Source: Gemmatimonadota bacterium
GTDB taxonomy: Bacteria; Gemmatimonadota; Gemmatimonadetes; Gemmatimonadales; GWC2-71-9
DNA: 64,000 bases
NCBI GenBank assembly: GCA_003221005.1
Contig: QHTZ01000078.1
Span: forward strand, 9,466 to 73,465
Direction: 5' to 3'
Numbering within the stretch: position 1 is the first letter of the stretch; each line of letters opens with the position of its first letter. This document shows positions 10,537 to 20,705 of this stretch, piece after piece. The notes under the pieces are model-generated. The model made no database searches. It saw only the letters and a program-made list of their open reading frames with translations, and was not told where the DNA came from. Made by a program: the position numbers and the translations under genes.

Positions 10537-11289
10537 ATGAAGATCGCCGTCTGCATCAAGCGCGTCGCCGACAGTGAGACCCGCGTGAAGATCGCCGCGG
10601 ACGGGAAGGCGCTCGACGAGGCCGGCGTGAAGTTCGTCCTCAACCCCTACGACGAGTTCGCGGTCGAAGAAGCCCTGCGGCGCAAGGAGCAGGCCGGTAG
10701 CGGCGAGGTCGTCGTCGTGGCGCTCGGGCCGGCGGCGGCCCAGGAGACGATCCGCGCCGCGCTCGCGATGGGAGTGGACCGTGGCGTCCTGCTCCAGGTG
10801 GATCGCATCCCCGCCGACGGCCTGGTCGTCGCGCAGGCGCTGGCGGCGGAGCTCAAGGATGGCGGCTACGACCTCATCCTCTGCGGCAAGATGGCGATCG
10901 ACGACTACAACCATCAGGTGGGCCCGATGGTGGCCGAGCTGCTCGGCCTGCCGTGCGTCACGTCCATCGCGCACCTCGAGCTCCAGGGGAACACGGGGGT
11001 CGCCGAGCGCGAGGTTGAGGGTGGGATCGAGGTGTGCGAGTTCCCCCTGCCGGCGGTCCTGACGACAGACAAGGGGCTCAACGAGCCACGCTACCCGGCG
11101 CTCAAGGGCATCATGGCCGCCAAGAAGAAGCCGTTGGACATCAAGCCCACGGCGTTGGCCGTGGGCGGGCTCGAGGTGCTCGCGATGACGCCACCACCCG
11201 ATCGCAAAGATGGACGCATCGTCGGTGAAGGTGTGGCGGCGATCCCCGAGCTGCTGCGCCTGCTGCGCGAGGAAGCAAAGGTCCTGTGA
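10537..11289 (+). CDS. etfB: Electron transfer flavoprotein beta subunit
   Basis: MKIAVCIKRV, NPYDEFAVEEAL, GKMAIDD, NEPRYP. Confidence 0.95.
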   Translation: MKIAVCIKRVADSETRVKIAADGKALDEAGVKFVLNPYDEFAVEEALRRKEQAGSGEVVVVALGPAAAQETIRAALAMGVDRGVLLQVDRIPADGLVVAQALAAELKDGGYDLILCGKMAIDDYNHQVGPMVAELLGLPCVTSIAHLELQGNTGVAEREVEGGIEVCEFPLPAVLTTDKGLNEPRYPALKGIMAAKKKPLDIKPTALAVGGLEVLAMTPPPDRKDGRIVGEGVAAIPELLRLLREEAKVL

Positions 11290-12266
11290 CCGCCGTGCTC
11301 GCCGTGCTCGAGCAGCGCGACGGCGCCCTGCGCAAGGTGTCGCACGAGGTAGTCACGGGAGCGCGACGCCTCGCGGACGCGGGGAGTGGGACGGTGGAGG
11401 CGCTGGTCCTCGGCGGGGGCACGGTGAGCGGCGCGGACCAGCTCGGCCGCTTCGGGGCGGACAGGGTGACCACGGCCACGCATGCGGCCCTCGGGCGCTA
11501 CACCCCCGAGGGATACACGCGGGTCGTGGTGGAACGGGTGCGTGCGCGGCAGTACGACGCGGTCGTGTTCCCAGCGAGCGCGACCGGGAGAGACCTGGCG
11601 CCCCGGGTCGCCGCCCGGCTCGGCGTCCCCCTTGCGGCGGACGTCACGGACCTCGGGATCGAGGGGGGCGCGATTTGGGCCACGCGGCCGGTGTACGCCG
11701 GCAAGGCGCTGCTGAAGGTAAAGCTCCTCGCCCGGCCGGCACTGCTGTCGCTGCGGCCCAATGTGTTCACCCCGGTTGAGCGTCCCCGCGCGGCCGCGGC
11801 GGAGACCGCGAAAGTGGACGTGCCGGAGCGCGGCGGGCGGGTTGTGGTGCGCGAGATCAAGGCTGCGGCGGCTGGAGCACTCGACGTGGCCGAAGCGCCG
11901 ATCGTCGTGTCGGGGGGGCGGGGGCTCAAGGAGCCCGCGAACTTCAGGCTGCTGGAGGAGCTGGCGCGCGCGTTCGGCGGCAAGGCGGCGGTGGGGGCCT
12001 CGCGCGCCGTGGTGGACGCGGGCTGGCGCCCACACGCGGATCAGGTGGGCCAGACAGGGAAGACCGTGAGCCCCACCCTGTACGTCGCGGTCGGCATCTC
12101 GGGGGCGATCCAGCACCTCGCGGGGATGCGCACGTCCAAGGTCATCGTCGCGATCAATCGCGACAAGGACGCGCCCATCTTCAAGGTCGCGGACTACGGG
12201 ATCGTGGGAGACCTGTTCGAGATCGTGCCGAGGCTTACCGAGGAGATCAGGAAACTGCATGCCTAG
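11286..12266 (+). CDS. etfA: Electron transfer flavoprotein alpha subunit
   Basis: [37 protein letters not shown]. Confidence 0.96.
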   Translation: MTAVLAVLEQRDGALRKVSHEVVTGARRLADAGSGTVEALVLGGGTVSGADQLGRFGADRVTTATHAALGRYTPEGYTRVVVERVRARQYDAVVFPASATGRDLAPRVAARLGVPLAADVTDLGIEGGAIWATRPVYAGKALLKVKLLARPALLSLRPNVFTPVERPRAAAAETAKVDVPERGGRVVVREIKAAAAGALDVAEAPIVVSGGRGLKEPANFRLLEELARAFGGKAAVGASRAVVDAGWRPHADQVGQTGKTVSPTLYVAVGISGAIQHLAGMRTSKVIVAINRDKDAPIFKVADYGIVGDLFEIVPRLTEEIRKLHA

Positions 12267-12293
12267 GGACCGGGGACGAGGGACGAGGGAAGG
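12266..12293 (+). repeat. G-rich heptamer array filling the intergenic space
   Basis: GGGACCG GGGACGA GGGACGA GGGAAGG between the etfA stop and GTG 12294. Confidence 0.75.
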
Positions 12294-13943
12294 GTGCTAG
12301 TTCCGGCCCAATACCAGCCGCCGCTGCCCCTCGAACGGCTGATCCTGCAAGCCGGCGCGCCCGGGGCGGGCGATCGGATGGAGCTCGATGTGCTCATCGT
12401 CGGGGCGGGCCCGGCCGGACTCGCCTGCGCCATCGAGCTGGCGCGCGTGGCGCGGGCCGGAGGCCGCGACCTCAGTATCGGGGTACTCGAGAAGGCGGGC
12501 GCCCTGGGCGAGCATTCGCTCTCGGGCGCCGTCGTGAACCCCCGCCCGTTTCGCGAGCTCTTCCCCGAGTTGAAGGACTGGGAGTTCCCGTTCCGCGCGC
12601 CGGTCGGGAGAGAAGCGGTGTATCTGCTGACCGCTCGAGGGCGGCTGCGTCTTCCCGTTCCTCCCACCATGCACAACAGCGGGAATTATGTCGCGTCGCT
12701 GTGCGAGATCGTGCGCTGGCTCGGCACCTGCGCGGAAGGGCTGGGCGTCAACGTCTTCACCGGCTTTCCGGCGGCGAACCTGCTCGTTGACGGAGCGCGC
12801 GTGGCAGGTGTGCGCACCGCCGCCACCGGGCTCGATCGTGCGGGTCAGCCGCAGTCGAGCTACGTCGCGCCGAACGATGTCGTCGCGCGGGTGACGGCCC
12901 TCGCGGAAGGGACGCGCGGCTTGCTCGCCCAGGCCTACCTCGAGTGGCAGCGGGTCGGCTCCGAGAATCCGCAGATCTTTGCCCTCGGCGTCAAGGAGAT
13001 CTGGGAGACTAAGCGACCGCTCGATACGATCGTGCATACGCTCGGTTGGCCGCTGGAGAGTTCCGCGTTCGGCGGGAGCTTTATGTATCCGCTCGAGCCG
13101 AACCTCGTGGCGCTGGGGCTCGTGGTCGGACTCGACTACTCGGACGCCACACTCGACGTCCACGTGCTGTTCCAGCGTATGAAGACGCACCCCCTGTTCC
13201 GGCGCTACCTGGAGGAAGGAGAGCTCGTCGAGTGGGGCGCCAAGACGATCCCCGAGGGTGGCTATTACTCAGTGCCGGAGCGCCGCTCGGGCGAAGGCGT
13301 CGTCCTGCTCGGTGACTCCGCGGGCTTCGTGGACGTCCCCTCCCTCAAGGGGATCCATTACGCCATGCAATCCGGGATCTTTGCCGCACGCGCGATCTTC
13401 CAGGCGCTATCGGGGGACGGCCCCACCGCCGCGCGCCTGGCGGAGTACGATCGGCTCGTCAACAGCTCGTTCGTCATGCACGACCTCTACCGCACCCGGA
13501 ACATGCGACTCGCGTTCAAGGGCGGCTTCTATGCCGGGGGCCTCAAGGCGAGCCTCATGACGCTGACAGGCGGGCGGTTCCCGGGTCGGAAGATCGCCAC
13601 GGAGCCGGACGCCGAGATAGCCCGGCGCGTCAGAACCGCGCGCGCAGCCCCGGGGCCGTTCGTCCCGGACGGCCGTCTCACCTTCTCGAAGGTGGACGGG
13701 GTCTTCAAGTCAGGGAACGCGACGCGTGATACGATCCCGACCCACCTCGTGGTTGGCCGGGATGTAACCCCGGAGCTCGCGGACTTCTACTCCCACGTCT
13801 GCCCCGCTGGCGTGTACGAGCGCACCGACGGGACCCTGCGCGTCAACGCGCCCAATTGCATCGACTGCAAGGCGACGGACGTGTTGGGGCCGCGCTGGAC
13901 GCCGAGAGAGGGGGGGAGCGGGCCGAAGTACAAGAGGATGTGA
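12294..13943 (+). CDS. ETF-quinone oxidoreductase
   Basis: GAGPAGL FAD motif, HSLSGAV, KGIHYAMQSG, C-terminal CPAGVY...NCIDCK; follows etfAB. Confidence 0.92.
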   Translation: MLVPAQYQPPLPLERLILQAGAPGAGDRMELDVLIVGAGPAGLACAIELARVARAGGRDLSIGVLEKAGALGEHSLSGAVVNPRPFRELFPELKDWEFPFRAPVGREAVYLLTARGRLRLPVPPTMHNSGNYVASLCEIVRWLGTCAEGLGVNVFTGFPAANLLVDGARVAGVRTAATGLDRAGQPQSSYVAPNDVVARVTALAEGTRGLLAQAYLEWQRVGSENPQIFALGVKEIWETKRPLDTIVHTLGWPLESSAFGGSFMYPLEPNLVALGLVVGLDYSDATLDVHVLFQRMKTHPLFRRYLEEGELVEWGAKTIPEGGYYSVPERRSGEGVVLLGDSAGFVDVPSLKGIHYAMQSGIFAARAIFQALSGDGPTAARLAEYDRLVNSSFVMHDLYRTRNMRLAFKGGFYAGGLKASLMTLTGGRFPGRKIATEPDAEIARRVRTARAAPGPFVPDGRLTFSKVDGVFKSGNATRDTIPTHLVVGRDVTPELADFYSHVCPAGVYERTDGTLRVNAPNCIDCKATDVLGPRWTPREGGSGPKYKRM

Positions 13944-14073
13944 GCGGTGTAGCGAGCACGCACCATTCTCAGACCCACCTGGCTCCCTCCCGCACCGGCA
14001 CATGGCGGTCCACTTCATGCAGCCGTCCTTCGGCAAGAGCCCTTAAGTCGTGCCTTTCAGGGGGAGGCGAGCC

Positions 14074-15057
14074 ATGATCGGCGACCGACGGGCAGGAGAG
14101 TTCCAGGCTACGGACCCCGGGCTGCCCCTTACGGAGCGGCGTGGGCCAACGGACCGACGCAAGGGGCGGCGGCGCCAGATGGACAAGGCTGTGCCACTCG
14201 ACCGACGGACTGGTTTCGACCGGCGCACCCTCCGCGAGCGGCGGGGGATGTCAAGCCGGCAGGGTGGTGGCGTGATCCCGGAGTGGGTCGCCCAGGCGTT
14301 GTCACCGGCGGCGCCCTCCCCCGCGCTCTCCGCCCTGTTTCGCAGCCGCCTGCGCCAGCTGACGCGCATCGAGCTTTCTGAGGCCGAAGCGGAGCGGCAC
14401 GGGAAGGCGTTCGCTCGGCACCGCAGGAACCTGACGGACCGCCTCGGCCGCGATGTGGGCGACGAAGTGGCCATCCTCGACTACTTCCTCAACGTGAGCC
14501 CCCGGCTGCTGCAGCCGGTTATCATCGAGAGCGCCGACCTGGCGGTGGTGGAGCACGACGCGCTGACCGATGCGCTCACGGGTCTCTTCAACCGTCGCTG
14601 CCTCGAGTCCTCGCTGAAGCGGGAAGTGGCGCGCTGCCGCCGCCATGGCGTCACATCGTCCCTCGTGCTGCTCGACCTGGACGCCTTCAAGGCGGCGAAT
14701 GACCGGTTCGGTCATGGGGTGGGCGACGCCGTGTTACGGGCGCTGGGCGAGCTGATCTGCCGCCACCTGCGCGCGGTCGATATCCCATGCCGCTACGGTG
14801 GCGACGAATTCGGCGTGGTGCTGCCGGACACGGACCGGAGCCATGCCCAGCTCGTGGCCGAGCGGATCCGCTCCGACGCGCGGTCGCATTTCGCGGAGCG
14901 GGTGGTGGGGGGATGCAAGGTAGCGGTCACGGTCAGCGTGGGGGTGGCGACGTACGGCCCGACTTGCGCCACGCTCGACGCGTTGCTGCAGGCTGCGGAC
15001 CGCGCACTGTACGAAGCCAAGGCTGCGGGCGGCGATCGCGTCGCCGTCGGGCCGTGA
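14074..15057 (+). CDS. Diguanylate cyclase with Arg-rich N-terminus
   Basis: DALTGLFNRR, GHGVGD, RAVD I-site, GGDEF; GGAGG SD before ATG 14074. Confidence 0.9.
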   Translation: MIGDRRAGEFQATDPGLPLTERRGPTDRRKGRRRQMDKAVPLDRRTGFDRRTLRERRGMSSRQGGGVIPEWVAQALSPAAPSPALSALFRSRLRQLTRIELSEAEAERHGKAFARHRRNLTDRLGRDVGDEVAILDYFLNVSPRLLQPVIIESADLAVVEHDALTDALTGLFNRRCLESSLKREVARCRRHGVTSSLVLLDLDAFKAANDRFGHGVGDAVLRALGELICRHLRAVDIPCRYGGDEFGVVLPDTDRSHAQLVAERIRSDARSHFAERVVGGCKVAVTVSVGVATYGPTCATLDALLQAADRALYEAKAAGGDRVAVGP

Positions 15058-15063
15058 GGCGCG

Positions 15064-16236
15064 CTAGCGGTCGATGTCCGTCACGTCGAGGATGAGCAAC
15101 GCCGGCTCGGGCGGATCCTCCGCGCCGAACGCATACAACCGGCCGCCGATCGTCCCGAACTTTCCCGTGTGCACGCCGCTCGAAACGAGGTACCTGGCGA
15201 CGTAAGCTGGCGTCGCGGGATCGCTCAGGCTGTAAAACCAGAACCCGGCGTTCGGACCCCGCTCCGCGGTGAACATGAGCAGCTTGCCGTCGGGGCTCAC
15301 CTTGATGTCGCTCACCGTTCCGATTCCCGCCGTGACGATCGAATCCACCAGCAGCGGGGCGCTCGAGGCCCCGAGTATCCAGATCTTGACCGCGTCTCCG
15401 ACCACGCCGGGCCGATTCGATCCCCAGGTGCCGGTGTATCCGAACCCGTTCGCCACGGTGAGGTCTGAGGTGTACCGGTCGGGCACGTTGTCGCCTCCGC
15501 GCTTGGCTGAGAAGTGCCCGGCGGTCAGTCCGATCTGCCAGAAACCGCTGAGCATGTCGCTCGCGTATAGCGTGCCGTGGTCGAGCTGCACGCCCCAGGT
15601 GTACGTGTCGCCCGCGCCTCCCGGCCGGAGGCTGTCGACAAGCCGGTTGGACAGGCTCCCGGAGAGATTCCCCGACACGTCGAGCGCCACTATGCCTTGG
15701 TTGTAATAGGCGGCGTAGAGAATCTGCGCGCTTTCATCCATCCAGAAGTTGTGCGTGCCGGCGCCGTTCACATGAAACGACGCCACCTCAGTCGGATGGG
15801 AGAGGTCGGAGACATCGAGGATATGGATGTCGCCCGAGGAGGTCGCGCCCAAGGCGCCGGGTCCCTCCTGCCCCACGAACAGGTACTTTTTCTCGCCGGT
15901 GTTCGGGTTCCAGAACCACCAGGCGTTGTGGGTCTCCCCTCCTGGCGTCGCGTAGGTGGCGATGAGCTGCGGGCTCGACGGGCTTCCCCCCTGCACACCG
16001 TTGCCTACATCGAAGATCATCACCCCGGTGTTCCACGCGCTGACGAAGGCCAAGCCATCCCGGACGAACGTGTCATGGATGCCGTAGGCAGGCGGGATAC
16101 TCACCGTCGCGACGAGCGTCGGGGTTGCAGCCGGCACGATCGGTGGCTCCTCGGTGTCGGTGGGCCTTTCGCTGCACGCCCCGCTTATGACCGCGAGGCA
16201 CGTGACGAGCAGCGTGAGTCCCCGCTCAGCGGGCAC
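15064..16236 (-). CDS. LVIVD-repeat-like beta-propeller lipoprotein
   Basis: Lipobox-like SGAC; repeated HD/HN..V...AY..G..I.DVSD..P blades. Confidence 0.7.
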   Translation of the reverse strand: MPAERGLTLLVTCLAVISGACSERPTDTEEPPIVPAATPTLVATVSIPPAYGIHDTFVRDGLAFVSAWNTGVMIFDVGNGVQGGSPSSPQLIATYATPGGETHNAWWFWNPNTGEKKYLFVGQEGPGALGATSSGDIHILDVSDLSHPTEVASFHVNGAGTHNFWMDESAQILYAAYYNQGIVALDVSGNLSGSLSNRLVDSLRPGGAGDTYTWGVQLDHGTLYASDMLSGFWQIGLTAGHFSAKRGGDNVPDRYTSDLTVANGFGYTGTWGSNRPGVVGDAVKIWILGASSAPLLVDSIVTAGIGTVSDIKVSPDGKLLMFTAERGPNAGFWFYSLSDPATPAYVARYLVSSGVHTGKFGTIGGRLYAFGAEDPPEPALLILDVTDIDR

Positions 16237-17473
16237 GGTCGGGCTCGGTCATCGCGGGCATGTCCATCGTCCTCGTCGGTACCCCGTACCTCCCCATGCG
16301 GTGCCCGCGCATTCCCCACGCGATTCGCAGACCGCCGCTCGCGGACCAGAAACTATCGCGGCCGTAGAACGTGGTCGGGTCGAACAGCCCCCCGTCCACT
16401 GTAGCGATCCGGCCGTACGAGACCTCGATGAATGGCACCACGTCCGGGTGACCGATGGGGGCGCCGAGGCGCAGCCCGTACCCCAGCGTGTGGATGGACC
16501 AGCGGCTCGTGCCGAGAATGGAATTGTCGAGATGCGGGCGCACGCTACGGAACGGATCGAGTGTGCGCATATCCTCAGGCCGCTCAGTGCGCTCGAAACG
16601 GTAGTACGGCTGGTGCCGCCCGGCGGTGACAGCTGCTTCGGCGAGCACACTGTGGAACACGAAGACCCCGTCGGCCTCGGACGTGCGTGCCCACTCGACG
16701 AGCGCATAGAGGTGAGCGGGGCCGGCGCGGCGGTCGGCGCGTACCGAGGTGCTCCACTTGCGCGCGTCCGTCCCCGCGCCCGCGCGGTTCTCCGGGGAGT
16801 GAACCACGGCCCTCGAGCCCTGCCACTCGAGGCCGGGGAGCGGGCGCAGGGTGAGCCGCGCGGCCCAGGAGTCGCCGACCCGGCTGAGGCTGGGTGACTG
16901 GCCCGGACTCTCGGGCTCATCGCCGTTGAAGACGGCCCCCTCGATCGTCGCAGGGCCGACGTCAACCTCAGCCATCACGAGGGCACGCTCGAGGATCTGG
17001 CTCAGGTGGTGGTTCACGGGGAACCGCTCGACCGGCCGACTCATCGGGTCGTCGGTCCCGAAGGGGACGAATCCCTTACCGACACTGAGCGTCGTGCGTG
17101 CCTTGCCGTCGAAGTGGCCGAGGACGTCCTCGGCCGAGAGCATCAGCTCATGCACGTACGTGTGGGGGTGGCGACGGTCCACGTAACCTTCGCCCCAGTC
17201 GCCGGGAGCGAGCTCGCCGTGCGGCATCGTCCAGCCTTCGAAGTCCGCGGTCGCGTGGAACGTGAGTCGCAGGCGGGGGAGGCCGACATCGAGCATGATG
17301 ATCGGCTGCACGAGGCGTACTTCACCGAGAGACTGTCCGCCTGCCACGGGGTCGGCGTACGTGCCGACGAGGATCCCTTGGCCCGAGAGGCGGGCCGTCA
17401 ACCCGTGTTGCGCTCCGAGGGGGGCGAGCGGTGCCCACGCCGCAACGAGGCCGAGGAAGGAAGCACGGGTCAC
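16226..17473 (-). CDS. Secreted/outer-membrane hypothetical protein
   Basis: GTG 17473 overlaps the marC stop; signal peptide; DRRHPH, GTDDPMSRP, NHHLSQ motifs; amphipathic beta strands. Confidence 0.7.
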   Translation of the reverse strand: MTRASFLGLVAAWAPLAPLGAQHGLTARLSGQGILVGTYADPVAGGQSLGEVRLVQPIIMLDVGLPRLRLTFHATADFEGWTMPHGELAPGDWGEGYVDRRHPHTYVHELMLSAEDVLGHFDGKARTTLSVGKGFVPFGTDDPMSRPVERFPVNHHLSQILERALVMAEVDVGPATIEGAVFNGDEPESPGQSPSLSRVGDSWAARLTLRPLPGLEWQGSRAVVHSPENRAGAGTDARKWSTSVRADRRAGPAHLYALVEWARTSEADGVFVFHSVLAEAAVTAGRHQPYYRFERTERPEDMRTLDPFRSVRPHLDNSILGTSRWSIHTLGYGLRLGAPIGHPDVVPFIEVSYGRIATVDGGLFDPTTFYGRDSFWSASGGLRIAWGMRGHRMGRYGVPTRTMDMPAMTEPDRAR

Positions 17474-18108
17474 GCGCTCCCGGCCAATCCCGTGATCTTG
17501 ATTCCGTCTACGATGAACTGGACGGCGATGGCGCAGAGCACGAGCCCCATGAGCCGTGTGAGGATGCGCATGCCGGTCTGGCCGAGGCGGTGCTCCACCG
17601 CCGTCGCCGCCGCGAGGACGACGTAGGAGACGTAGGCGGTGAGCGCGACGGACACGTACAGCGCGGCCGTGCTGGCGGCGCTGCGCGAGCCCAGCGCCAG
17701 CACCATGACGGTGGAGATCGCGCCCGGCCCGGCGAGCATCGGCACGCCGAGCGGAATGATCCCGACATCCTCCTTCTGAGTCCCCTCGGCCTGCTCGACC
17801 GGTGTCTCGCGCTGCATGCTGCGGCGCGCCTGCACCATCTCGAGCGCGTTCAGGCCGATGAGCACCCCGCCGGCGATCTTGAACGCGCCCAGCGTGATCC
17901 CGAAGAGCGTGAAGATCAAGGAGCCGCCCAGCGCGAACACGGTGAGGGTGACGGCGCAGGTCCACGCGCCGCGGCGGGCCATGGCGCGCCGCTGGGCCGG
18001 GGTGTCGCGCGCGGTCATGGCGAGGAAGCTCGGGACGGCGGCGAAGGGGTCCACGATGAAGAGGACCGACGTGAAGATGAGCAGCAGTTCCTTGAGAAGC
18101 GGGATCAC
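17470..18108 (-). CDS. marC: MarC family membrane protein
   Basis: IVDPF, IAGGVLI, IPLGVPMLAGPGAI, TRLMGLVL. Confidence 0.92.
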   Translation of the reverse strand: MIPLLKELLLIFTSVLFIVDPFAAVPSFLAMTARDTPAQRRAMARRGAWTCAVTLTVFALGGSLIFTLFGITLGAFKIAGGVLIGLNALEMVQARRSMQRETPVEQAEGTQKEDVGIIPLGVPMLAGPGAISTVMVLALGSRSAASTAALYVSVALTAYVSYVVLAAATAVEHRLGQTGMRILTRLMGLVLCAIAVQFIVDGIKITGLAGSA

Positions 18109-18932
18109 AGCGCGACTTGCACCACCCGGTCCTTCCCCGCGCGCTTCGCCTCGTACATAGCTTCGTCGGCGCGCCGCAGCAGCTCCTCGACCCCCCGCTC
18201 CGCGCCGAGCGAGGAGACCAGGCCGATGCTTGCGGTCACGGAGGGCGTGCCCCGGAACACCGTGCGGATGCCGGCCGCGAGGCGAGTGGCGGCGGCATGG
18301 GCGACCGACCCCTCAGTCTCCGGCATCAGCACCGCGAATTCGTCGCCGCCCAGCCGGCCGACGATGTCCGACTGGCGCACCGCGCTCCGCGTGGCCTCGG
18401 CGACGAGCCGCAGCACGGCATCGCCCGTCTGGTGGCCGTGCCGGTCATTCACGGCCTTGAAGTCGTCGAGATCGAGGTAGAGGAGCGCCAGCGGCCGGTT
18501 GTAGCGCCGGTTGCGGTCGAGCTCCTGGCTCAGCCGCTCGGCGAACGCGCGGGAGTTGAGGACCCCCGTGAGCGGGTCGTGAGCCGCCATTCCCTCGAGC
18601 TGCGCCTGGGTGCGCCGCAGTTGCACCAGCCCCGCCATCGCGACGCCCACCACGGTCAGGTAGGCCGCCTCGTTCGCGATCCGCACGGTCACGCCGGTGT
18701 CCGGTGGCATTTGCTCGAGCCCGATCACGTAACGCAGCACCGCGGTGCCGACGGCGAACGCGCTCCCCCAGCCGAGCCCGTCGTGCCACGTCACGAGCAG
18801 CACGGGAACGATATACAGGATCCCCAGGCGCACGTCGGGCGGTGACTGCGCGTTGACCCAGTACACGAGGCCGACGAGGAGGACGGCGCCGAGCAGCCGC
18901 GCGGCGCGGCGCAGCCTGTCAGGGGGGCGCAT
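18105..18932 (-). CDS. Membrane-bound diguanylate cyclase
   Basis: Four N-terminal TM helices; HDPLTGVLN, RQSD I-site, GGDEF. Confidence 0.9.
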   Translation of the reverse strand: MRPPDRLRRAARLLGAVLLVGLVYWVNAQSPPDVRLGILYIVPVLLVTWHDGLGWGSAFAVGTAVLRYVIGLEQMPPDTGVTVRIANEAAYLTVVGVAMAGLVQLRRTQAQLEGMAAHDPLTGVLNSRAFAERLSQELDRNRRYNRPLALLYLDLDDFKAVNDRHGHQTGDAVLRLVAEATRSAVRQSDIVGRLGGDEFAVLMPETEGSVAHAAATRLAAGIRTVFRGTPSVTASIGLVSSLGAERGVEELLRRADEAMYEAKRAGKDRVVQVAL

Positions 18933-20185
18933 CAGAAGGGGGGCGGGGCCACGTGCACCGGGTCGTCGAACAGCAGCGCGTGCAGCGTGGTGCCCGCGGG
19001 CACCGCCGGGCGGTCTTCGGGCACGATGAGCAGGGCGTTGGCGCGCGCCATCGACGTCAGGATGCCGGAGCCCTGCGGGCCCGTCAAGCGCGCGGTGAGC
19101 GCGCCGTCCGGGGGCTCGGGCTTGACAAGCGCCCGCAGGAAGTGCCGCAGCGGCGGCCCGAGCGTAATCTGCTCGGCGACGCATACGGGCACGGTCCGGC
19201 GGAACGGCAGGGCGTGCCCGAGCAGGCGGCGGAGCGCCGGCCGGGCGAACAGCTCGAACGTCACCATCGTGCTCACGGGGTTGCCGGGCAGTCCCAGCCA
19301 GGGGCGGCCCGCGAGCGTGCCGAAGCCGAGCGGGGCGCCAGGGCGCATGCGGATGCGCCATAGCTTCATGTCGCATCCCAGCTCGGCCAACACGTCGCGC
19401 ACCAGGTCGTGCTCACCTACGCTCACCCCGCCAGTCGTCACGAGCATGTCGGCGTCCGCCGCCGGGGCCAGGTGCTCCCGCAGGCTCGCTTTGGTGTCGC
19501 GGGCAATCCCGAGTTCGACGGGGATGCCGCCGGCCCGGCGGATCAGGCCGAAGAGGGTGTAGGAGTTCGAGGAGGCGATCTTGCGGCCGGCGAGGATCTC
19601 CTCCGCCTGGTCGAGATCCACGACCTCTTCCCCTGAGGCGAGGACGGCCACGCGCGGCGGGCGATGCACGAGGGGGGTGGCGTGGGCGATCGACGCCAGC
19701 ACACCGAGCTGGGCGGGCCCGAGCGCGGTCCCCGTGGTGAGCACGACGTCTCCGCGGCGCAGGTCTTCGCCGCGGCGGCGGACGTTGTGGCGGGCATCGC
19801 GGTCGTCCAGGATGGCGACGCGTCCCTCGGCGAGCGCTTCCGTGTCTTCCTGGCGGATGACGCTGTCGGCCCCCGGCGGGAGGGGCGCCCCGGTGAAAAT
19901 CCGCGTCGCCGCCCCCGGACCGAGCGGCTGCTCGGGAAACCGCCCGGCAGGTACCGTTTCGACGATCCGCAGGGTCTTGCGGCGGTCGCGCGTCGCTCCG
20001 GCCACGTCGGCCGCGCGTACCGCGTAGCCGTCCATTGCGGAGTTATCCCATCCCGGGAGGTCGATCGGGCTGGTGACGTCCTCCGCCAGCACGAGGTCGA
20101 GCGCCTCTTTGAGCGGCCGCCGCTCGGCGGGGAGGGGGGCGCAGTGGTCGACGATGAGCCGCGCGGCTTCCGCCGGAGTCAACAC
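18932..20185 (-). CDS. moeA: Molybdopterin molybdotransferase
   Basis: NSAMDGYA, IFTGAPLP, TGGVSVG, GLPGNPVS. Confidence 0.96.
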   Translation of the reverse strand: MLTPAEAARLIVDHCAPLPAERRPLKEALDLVLAEDVTSPIDLPGWDNSAMDGYAVRAADVAGATRDRRKTLRIVETVPAGRFPEQPLGPGAATRIFTGAPLPPGADSVIRQEDTEALAEGRVAILDDRDARHNVRRRGEDLRRGDVVLTTGTALGPAQLGVLASIAHATPLVHRPPRVAVLASGEEVVDLDQAEEILAGRKIASSNSYTLFGLIRRAGGIPVELGIARDTKASLREHLAPAADADMLVTTGGVSVGEHDLVRDVLAELGCDMKLWRIRMRPGAPLGFGTLAGRPWLGLPGNPVSTMVTFELFARPALRRLLGHALPFRRTVPVCVAEQITLGPPLRHFLRALVKPEPPDGALTARLTGPQGSGILTSMARANALLIVPEDRPAVPAGTTLHALLFDDPVHVAPPPF

Positions 20186-20186
20186 G

Positions 20187-20705
20187 TCAGGGGGGGAGGA
20201 TCTTGGCGCGGTCCCAGGCCAGGTTCGCCAGGGTGACGAGCCAGGCCGTGTCGTTGAACCGGAACACGGGGAACGGCGCCCGATAGGTCGGGTTGTCGGT
20301 CACCATGGCGACCCAGTCGCTCGCTGCGTGGACGGTAGGATCGAACACGGGGTCGGGCCCCGCCACGAGGCGGTACACCTCGATCTTGGGGAGTGGCGCG
20401 CGCTTGAAACCTTCGACCAGGATAATGTCCGCGCCCTCGTGATAGCGGCGGGCGAGCGAAATCGGGTCCGACTCCTGGGACGTGCGCTCGAACAGCACCC
20501 GCTCCCCGGGGGCCTCCAGCAGCACCCGCTCGGCCTTGCCCTCGTGCCAGTGGCGCCACGTGTCCTTGCCCCGCTGGTCCAGGTCTGCCTTATGCGTGCC
20601 GTGCTTGATCGTCATGACGCGAAACTTGCGGCGGTCGAGCTCCGCGGCGAGCGCGACGAGCAGCGTCGTCTTGCCGGCGTTCTTGCGGCCGATTACCGAG
20701 ATCAT
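20187..20705 (-). CDS. mobB: Molybdopterin-guanine dinucleotide biosynthesis protein B
   Basis: GRKNAGKTT P-loop, TIKH, GKDTWRH, LVEGFK. Confidence 0.92.
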   Translation of the reverse strand: MISVIGRKNAGKTTLLVALAAELDRRKFRVMTIKHGTHKADLDQRGKDTWRHWHEGKAERVLLEAPGERVLFERTSQESDPISLARRYHEGADIILVEGFKRAPLPKIEVYRLVAGPDPVFDPTVHAASDWVAMVTDNPTYRAPFPVFRFNDTAWLVTLANLAWDRAKILPP

